Shown here piece by piece: positions 55,902-62,400 of a stretch of DNA of 62,400 nt. The translations under genes and the position numbers were made by a program. Source of the DNA: a virus (lineage: Duplodnaviria; Caudoviricetes); the IMG/VR virus record IMGVR_UViG_3300009071_000009, positions 1 through 62,400 of that record. One strand, given 5' to 3'. The notes beneath the pieces are model-generated. The model did not search any database, was not told where the DNA came from, and was given only the letters and a program-made list of their open reading frames with translations. Within the stretch, counting starts at the first letter, position 1; each line of letters opens with the position of its first letter.

Positions 55902-58900
55902 ATGACTATTGCTAACGTAACTAGAGCTATTGAACTTGCTGATGACTCAGATTTCTTGGGTCTTCCAGTTATGCATCACATATCTGAACAAGGTTATTGG
56001 TATACTTATCATCCTTCAGATTATGATTCAAATGCAACTTTATCTGGTAATTCTATTTCAATATATGAGTGGGATTCTCTATCTCCAATTTCTTCAGCGG
56101 ATCAGCTTTCTGGAAATTCGAGCAGAATAGAATTAGATGGGACTGCAGCATTTATTGATGAATCACATGGGAATGGTACTTTACGTTACCACGGAGGCTG
56201 CGTTGTACACATTGGTTCTGGCGTTAATGATATTACTAATGTAAATGAAGCTAATGCTTTCTTTATGGCCCATATTGGGACTTGGGGTGATGATGGACCA
56301 GCAACTGGTGGTTTATTAGAAGATGATGCTTTCTATTGGGATAGATTTTATCAACAATCGGCTGGTGGTGATTGGAATTATTATCAATATCATAAACACT
56401 TACCCTCTAATTATCCAAGATTTGATGACGGCCGGATTGTTTTTGCTGCTGATGATTATATTAGACCAGCTGATAAACAATATGGTTATTTAATTAGTGT
56501 GAGAGCTAGTACTGGGGGAAAATCTTACAATGTTCCTTTGGCTCGTATTCACACCCCATCTATTGGTGGAGCTCATAACTCTCATAATGATGTAACTTTG
56601 CCTAACACTTCAGGTGTTAACTTCGTAAATGGGGGAATTATATCTGGAGGATCAAATAGATTCCACGCTTCATATTTAGATTCAAATGGAAGTGGAAATT
56701 GGAATTTTTATACGAGAACATACACTTCAAGTTCAGGATCTTTTACTCCAGAAGTTAATTATGGTTCTTTTGATTTAGCTGACCCTGTAAATACACCTTA
56801 TGCTGGAGGTGATGCTCAAGCTGAAGGATCGGTAAGTGAATACCCTATGAGAATGTCTGCGGGCCATTCTTTTGGCTCTAAGGTTTATTGGCCAGTTTTA
56901 ATGAACTCAGTTTATAAGTCATTTGACGTTACTCTATATGGTGATGTGATTCAAAATTTATATAGAGTTGGTGGTGAACATAGAGATGATCCTAATAAAT
57001 TAAATGCTACAGATCCTAGTACCGGAGATCAAAATCCTACAATATATTTAAAAGTAGGTGATACTATTGTATTTGATGCGTCTCAATCTTATCAAAATCA
57101 CCCAATGTATGTAAAATCAAGCTTGGTCAACGCTTTAAATACAAGCCAAAATGTGGCATCAGGTACTTCTGGCAATGGAACAGCTACAATAACATGGGAC
57201 ACTACTGGATTAACACCAGGTGAATATTATTATGTATGTGTTGTGCACAATGGTATGTATGGTAAAATTATTTTAGAAGCTTCTAATAATTGTGTAGATG
57301 CTCAAATTTGGAGTGTTACTGATGCTAATACTATTTCACCAGGAACATTAAGTAGAACAGATCTTCCATGGAGATTTACAGGAAGAGATGATAAGCCAGA
57401 TATTTTAATTACAAGTGTAGGCGATAAACTTTATATTGCAGGTGGATCAGCTAGAGATGGTGGCTTACACTTGTATAGTGCTGAAGCAATTGATTCCACA
57501 GGAAGTTTTTATGATGAAGGAAAAATTATAAGCACTGATTCTGAAAATCCTGCAAGATTACACGGATTTAAATATAATGCAACTAATACAAAATTTTATG
57601 CATTAGCTTCAGCAGATGGACAATCTAATTTTAAAGGGCTGTATAGTTTTGATTTGGCTGGAGGTACATTTGACGGTTATGAGCATTTAAAATGGAATGA
57701 TTCTGGATATTTTGAAGATATAGGTGCAGCAACAAGTGGATACATAGAATACACTCACTCAAATGCTCAATACACAGCTAAATCGACAATTGAGCCTGAA
57801 GGCATACCAAATGGATCTTCTATTTTAAGATGGGATGTTTCATCTCCACAATTTTTTAATAGAAAAGAAATAAACACTAATTCTGAAGAATATCTTTTTC
57901 AGGGGATTTACTTAAAAGATGGAAGAAAGGCTTTAGTTGGCAGAATTGAAGGCCATGTTGGAAACACTGGAACTGATAATACTGGAGATTTATTACTTAC
58001 CATTGTTGATAATGAAGGTGAATCAATAAGTTATTCTTGGGGTGGAACTGGCGATGATTTTATTACTGGTATTATAGAAGATGAAGAAAATGATAGACTC
58101 GTAATATCTGGATACGCTAAAGGTGAATTGGGTAGTAAATCAAATCAATGGGTGCATGGATGGGCGAGAAGATTAAGAAATACTGATAATACAGCAGGAA
58201 TAACATTTACTGGAATTGACATAGATCAATATGGGCATTATTCATTGTCTGCAAATGATAATTTAAATGGAGATGCGCTTCTTACATGTTATAATAAAAA
58301 CTTTGACTATCTAACCACAGTTGCTATGTCATTAGGTGGTGAATCTGATAATTTTTCTGGTGTTCTTACTACAGCAGATAATAAAAGAGTAGTGGTTGGT
58401 GGAACTAAAAATCTAACATCAGAAAAGAGTGCATTTGTAATGAATGTTGATTCTGATTTTACAACTGTAAATTGGGCTAAAGGATTTAGTTCTAGTACGA
58501 ATTATTTAACAATTACCGACCATTGCTTAATTCAAAGTTCAGGGACTGAATATGCCATTTGTTTTGCTCAAATAAACACTACCGTTGACCAAGAAGATTA
58601 TCAAAAAGAAGGTGTCTTATTTGGTGTTAATACTTCAAACGGAAGTATAATTTTCCAAAAATCAATAAGTGGTTTGGCATCAAGTCCATCTACTATGAGA
58701 TGGGTATCTTCAATCGCGCCAGGCGCGCCTAATACTGGTACGTTTTTTATTGCTGGATCATCAGGTATTGAACTTAGTGGGCCTACTAGAGTTTATAAAA
58801 CTCCTTTCTTTGCTTATGGTGATATTAATACTAGTGATGTTATCAATTATATTGAAGATAAATGGGGAAGCAACGAAACATCATATCAATTAGTTTCTGA

Positions 58901-61172
58901 TCAAAATAGTAATTGGGATATTAATGAAAGTAGGTTTGATGTTATTAGAGTTTCAAAATATGATTCAGCTACTGGCACCTATGATTTAATATTAGGAGGC
59001 AGAGCAGAGGATATTAGTCTTGCAGCCGAAGATTCTGCGTCATATACAGATCAAACAACTGTTATGGGTAGAACAACTGGACATGTTAGTCATGGTATTT
59101 ATGAAAAAATTAAATTCGTAGATAGTAATTATAAAACTAGTACAATATGGGCTAAACAGTTAAATTCACATAAAGGATATATTGAAGGTGTCACTACTCT
59201 ATTGATTGAAGAATCAGATATGAGACCTTGGTGGTTTAATGAAACAGAATTCTTCCATAATGGAAATAGTAGAGTTGTTGCATTTGCAGATGGTTTAGGA
59301 CTAGATAGTGATGCTAGTATTCTTAAATTAAGTGATACTGCATTTTTTGGCTTTAACGATAATGATGGTTCTTTATATTTTAGAAGTTCCTTTGGCCATA
59401 TGGGTAGAGATTATATAAACACTGATGTTGTATGGGATCATAATTTTAGAAACTTTGTTGTAGCTGGTGGATCTTCTTCTCACTCTCCAGGTAAAGACGG
59501 AGTTTTATTTAGAGGTGATAAAGAAGGATTTGGGCAAGGTGTGTATCACACGGCTGCTTCAACTTCGAATGCATATTATTATGATTCTGCGCCAATATAT
59601 GTTTCAGATTGGACATGGCCAAATGTAACTAAAGACAGCAACCCTGCAGCCCCAGATAGTATATTAGATGCCAATGATTATAATCCTTCAATGATTACAT
59701 CATCGTATAATAGTTTAGAATATAATGGTTCTTATGGTGCTAATGGATTGTTTACAGGTTTCCTAGGAATAGTAGATAAATCAGATTTACAATCATTCTT
59801 AAATACTGAAGAATATAAAGAAAATGTAGCTAATGGTATTAGAGTACATAGAGCTAATGATTTATTTCAAATACACCAAGTATCAACGGTTGGTGATGCC
59901 ACCGCTGATGACGGGAACGTATTTATGTATGATGTAATTAAATCTACAGACGGTGAATACTATTATTTAGCTGGTCAAGTTTCAGGCATGCTCGCTAAAC
60001 AAAATACAGGCTTATCCGGTGTTTATGATTATTTCTTAGGACAATGGGATATTGCATCAGAACAATTTAGGTTTTGGCAAAATGGAACAGAAGATGATGA
60101 AGAAATTTATGCCTTAACTGAATTACGCGGAACATCTAAAGCTGTGACTAATCCTGAAGCTGAAAACAATGGTGCTGGTAAAGGAACTGTTAGCTGGACA
60201 CCTTCAACATCTGGTTCATATTTTTATCAATGTGGAAATCATGGTGTTATGAATGGATCACTGAATGTTACAGTAGGTGTTGGAGGAAATACCTATAATA
60301 TTGAAGTTCTGTATACAAATGCTCCAGGTGCATTTAGATTTAGTGGATCCGATAGAAATGGAGCTATTAATTCTAGTACTGATAATCCTACACTCACTAT
60401 ACAAACAAATGACACAATTGTATTTACAGTAAATAATGTTGGGCATCCATTCTGGATTCAAACTGAAACTGGTACAGGCGGTGCTAAAAAAGGACACATA
60501 GCATTTTGTGGACGAACTACTGGTCAATTAGGTGATCCTGCAGATACTCCAACATTTGGAGGTTATGATTTATTTTTAGGAATCTTTGATCCTAGAAATT
60601 GGAATGCAGAATATTATAATATGGGTTCAGGCTATAATGACAAAGCAATGAATCTTCATGATATAGATAGCACTATACCTAATACACTAGCTTTAGTATA
60701 CACTACTTTTGGATCAATGAATGGTGGACCTACATTTGGATCAGAGGATATTGGTATAATAACATTTAATTATGATACTGATGATTGGAGTGAAGGTTTT
60801 ACAACTGGATCGGAAACTTCAGAAGAAATAGATCAAAATGGTAAACCTAGTACAAGATTAGCTGATGGAAGAATAGCAGTTGTCGCAAATAGCTCAGGCG
60901 CATTTGCAGATAACTCTGTAACATTTGGACTAAAGGATATGGTTTTAGGTATATTTGACTTTGATAGTGATACGTTGAATGGTGGCTATAAAGGATGGAG
61001 AAAATATCAAGTTGGATCTGGTTCTTCAGATTTTTCTTATAGCGTTGATAACAATGGATCTTCATTACTTATAACTGGTTATTCAGAAGCAACATGGGAT
61101 AAAGAAGTGCATGGTGTTATAGTTGAATTTGACCCAGAAAGAAATGTGCTTGCAAAATCAAGCGGGAGTTAA
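55902..61172 (+). CDS. Large beta-propeller-rich virion protein with cupredoxin-like inserts
   Basis: 1756 aa; repeated G..D blades; YYVCVVHNGMYG and YFYQCGNHGVMNG. Confidence 0.75.
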   Translation: MTIANVTRAIELADDSDFLGLPVMHHISEQGYWYTYHPSDYDSNATLSGNSISIYEWDSLSPISSADQLSGNSSRIELDGTAAFIDESHGNGTLRYHGGCVVHIGSGVNDITNVNEANAFFMAHIGTWGDDGPATGGLLEDDAFYWDRFYQQSAGGDWNYYQYHKHLPSNYPRFDDGRIVFAADDYIRPADKQYGYLISVRASTGGKSYNVPLARIHTPSIGGAHNSHNDVTLPNTSGVNFVNGGIISGGSNRFHASYLDSNGSGNWNFYTRTYTSSSGSFTPEVNYGSFDLADPVNTPYAGGDAQAEGSVSEYPMRMSAGHSFGSKVYWPVLMNSVYKSFDVTLYGDVIQNLYRVGGEHRDDPNKLNATDPSTGDQNPTIYLKVGDTIVFDASQSYQNHPMYVKSSLVNALNTSQNVASGTSGNGTATITWDTTGLTPGEYYYVCVVHNGMYGKIILEASNNCVDAQIWSVTDANTISPGTLSRTDLPWRFTGRDDKPDILITSVGDKLYIAGGSARDGGLHLYSAEAIDSTGSFYDEGKIISTDSENPARLHGFKYNATNTKFYALASADGQSNFKGLYSFDLAGGTFDGYEHLKWNDSGYFEDIGAATSGYIEYTHSNAQYTAKSTIEPEGIPNGSSILRWDVSSPQFFNRKEINTNSEEYLFQGIYLKDGRKALVGRIEGHVGNTGTDNTGDLLLTIVDNEGESISYSWGGTGDDFITGIIEDEENDRLVISGYAKGELGSKSNQWVHGWARRLRNTDNTAGITFTGIDIDQYGHYSLSANDNLNGDALLTCYNKNFDYLTTVAMSLGGESDNFSGVLTTADNKRVVVGGTKNLTSEKSAFVMNVDSDFTTVNWAKGFSSSTNYLTITDHCLIQSSGTEYAICFAQINTTVDQEDYQKEGVLFGVNTSNGSIIFQKSISGLASSPSTMRWVSSIAPGAPNTGTFFIAGSSGIELSGPTRVYKTPFFAYGDINTSDVINYIEDKWGSNETSYQLVSDQNSNWDINESRFDVIRVSKYDSATGTYDLILGGRAEDISLAAEDSASYTDQTTVMGRTTGHVSHGIYEKIKFVDSNYKTSTIWAKQLNSHKGYIEGVTTLLIEESDMRPWWFNETEFFHNGNSRVVAFADGLGLDSDASILKLSDTAFFGFNDNDGSLYFRSSFGHMGRDYINTDVVWDHNFRNFVVAGGSSSHSPGKDGVLFRGDKEGFGQGVYHTAASTSNAYYYDSAPIYVSDWTWPNVTKDSNPAAPDSILDANDYNPSMITSSYNSLEYNGSYGANGLFTGFLGIVDKSDLQSFLNTEEYKENVANGIRVHRANDLFQIHQVSTVGDATADDGNVFMYDVIKSTDGEYYYLAGQVSGMLAKQNTGLSGVYDYFLGQWDIASEQFRFWQNGTEDDEEIYALTELRGTSKAVTNPEAENNGAGKGTVSWTPSTSGSYFYQCGNHGVMNGSLNVTVGVGGNTYNIEVLYTNAPGAFRFSGSDRNGAINSSTDNPTLTIQTNDTIVFTVNNVGHPFWIQTETGTGGAKKGHIAFCGRTTGQLGDPADTPTFGGYDLFLGIFDPRNWNAEYYNMGSGYNDKAMNLHDIDSTIPNTLALVYTTFGSMNGGPTFGSEDIGIITFNYDTDDWSEGFTTGSETSEEIDQNGKPSTRLADGRIAVVANSSGAFADNSVTFGLKDMVLGIFDFDSDTLNGGYKGWRKYQVGSGSSDFSYSVDNNGSSLLITGYSEATWDKEVHGVIVEFDPERNVLAKSSGS

Positions 61173-61175
61173 TAA

Positions 61176-62400
61176 ATGGCAATTTTAAATTTTCCACCTA
61201 ATCCTAACAACGGCGATTCATACACCGCCAATGGGATTGATTATACGTATGATTCTAATACGACGTCTTGGATTGTAGATGCTGCAGTAGGATATACTGG
61301 ATCAAAGGGATTTACTGGATCTAAAGGAGCAGGATATACCGGGTCAAGAGGTCTTTTAGGCTATTCTGGATCTCGAGGATTTACGGGATCACGCGGATTT
61401 ACTGGATCAAGAGGATTTGCAGGATCTGCAAATTCACTCGGAATTATATACTATATCGACACAACTACAACCACGACTGCAGCGGACACTGTTCCTGGTC
61501 AAATGGTTTTTAATAGCGCCACTTTTACTAGTGCTACTGAAATAGCTATTGATGCCTTTGATGACCTTAATAATAATCAAAATGGTTATATTGACACATT
61601 TGATGATTTCGGTTCTAGTACAAATAGAGGCTATTTGTACGTAAGATCTTTAGACGCATCAGATAGTGGATTTATAATTTATGAAGTTACTGGCAGCGTT
61701 GTTTCAACAGGTAGCGCGAGAAGATTAACTGTTACTGGCATATCAGGCGGAGCGGGTTGGCAAAATAATGATAAAGTACTTATCAATTTTATTCATCAAG
61801 GACAAACAGGATTTGTTGGATCGCAAGGTGATAGAGGATTCACTGGATCAAGAGGATTTACTGGTTCTAAAGGTGACAGAGGATATACCGGATCTAAGGG
61901 TGATATAGGATTCACGGGTTCAAAAGGTGATAGAGGATTCACTGGATCTCAAGGCGTTATAGGATATACCGGATCTAAGGGTGATAGAGGATTCACTGGA
62001 TCTCAAGGCGTTATAGGTTACACTGGATCAAGAGGTGCTACTGGTTTCAATGGATCTCAAGGTGATATAGGTTACACTGGATCTCAAGGCGTTATAGGAT
62101 ATACCGGATCTCAAGGCGTTATAGGATATACCGGATCTCGAGGATTTACTGGTTCACGTGGATTCACTGGTTCGAAAGGTGATATAGGTTACACTGGATC
62201 TCAAGGCGTTATAGGATATACCGGATCTAAGGGTGATAGAGGATTCACGGGTTCACGTGGATTTATAGGTTACACTGGATCTAAGGGTGACAGAGGTTAC
62301 ACTGGATCTCGAGGATTTACTGGTTCAAGAGGTGATGATGGTACATCTGTTACAATTGCTGGATCAGTAGCAGACGTTAACGTAAATCCTCCAAATAATC
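61176..62400 (+). CDS. Collagen-like fibre protein, partial (runs off window; missing from ORF track)
   Basis: MAILNFPPNPNNGDSY… followed by G-[FY]-T-G-S-[RKQ] Gly-X-Y repeats. Confidence 0.9.
   Translation, partial: MAILNFPPNPNNGDSYTANGIDYTYDSNTTSWIVDAAVGYTGSKGFTGSKGAGYTGSRGLLGYSGSRGFTGSRGFTGSRGFAGSANSLGIIYYIDTTTTTTAADTVPGQMVFNSATFTSATEIAIDAFDDLNNNQNGYIDTFDDFGSSTNRGYLYVRSLDASDSGFIIYEVTGSVVSTGSARRLTVTGISGGAGWQNNDKVLINFIHQGQTGFVGSQGDRGFTGSRGFTGSKGDRGYTGSKGDIGFTGSKGDRGFTGSQGVIGYTGSKGDRGFTGSQGVIGYTGSRGATGFNGSQGDIGYTGSQGVIGYTGSQGVIGYTGSRGFTGSRGFTGSKGDIGYTGSQGVIGYTGSKGDRGFTGSRGFIGYTGSKGDRGYTGSRGFTGSRGDDGTSVTIAGSVADVNVNPPNN
61800..62340 (+). repeat. Tandem 18/27-bp collagen-coding repeats
   Basis: Repeating GGA/GGT-TT(T/C)/TA(T/C)-AC(T/C/G)-GGA-TCT units. 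Confidence 0.9.

Noticed and set aside
61800-62340. Regular short repeats resembling an array
   Set aside because: They encode Gly-X-Y collagen with synonymous variation and have no unique spacers
1-62400. Alternative genetic code, introns, inteins, homing endonucleases, integrase
   Set aside because: Core genes are full-length in the standard code with no evident insertions; no such motifs seen

Overview
This is a 62.4-kb segment of an AT-rich T4-like myovirus genome. The gene set resembles marine T4-like phages, but the host cannot be determined from this window. The left part (1-15.3 kb) holds small early genes, four CCA-terminated tRNAs, a cluster of tailoring enzymes (two sulfotransferase-like proteins, a split radical SAM/SPASM pair, a carbamoyltransferase, two SGNH-like proteins), repeated sigma70-type early promoters, a candidate ~240-nt structured RNA, and gp33 and gp32. 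The middle (15.3-37 kb) is the tail/baseplate module: tape measure-like gene, gp51, gp26, gp54, gp2, gp4, gp48, gp53, gp27-like, a gp5 split over three genes, gp25, gp6, gp7, gp8 and a DUF4815-type protein, with TATAAATA late promoters. The right part (37-62.4 kb) encodes fibre and accessory virion proteins surrounding an island of five glycosyltransferase-like and two methyltransferase-like genes. The most notable pattern is the strong enrichment of the Asp-Ser dipeptide in predicted outer virion proteins (about 77 in the 2469-aa fibre versus 0 in the 620-aa gp6, hand counts), next to the glycosyltransferase island. This suggests a phage-encoded, sequon-directed virion glycosylation system. 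Other leads are a probable -1 frameshift fusing gp26 to gp51, a multi-stem ncRNA, and a circularly permuted cupredoxin-like domain. All protein calls come from motif recognition and synteny; no database searches were run.
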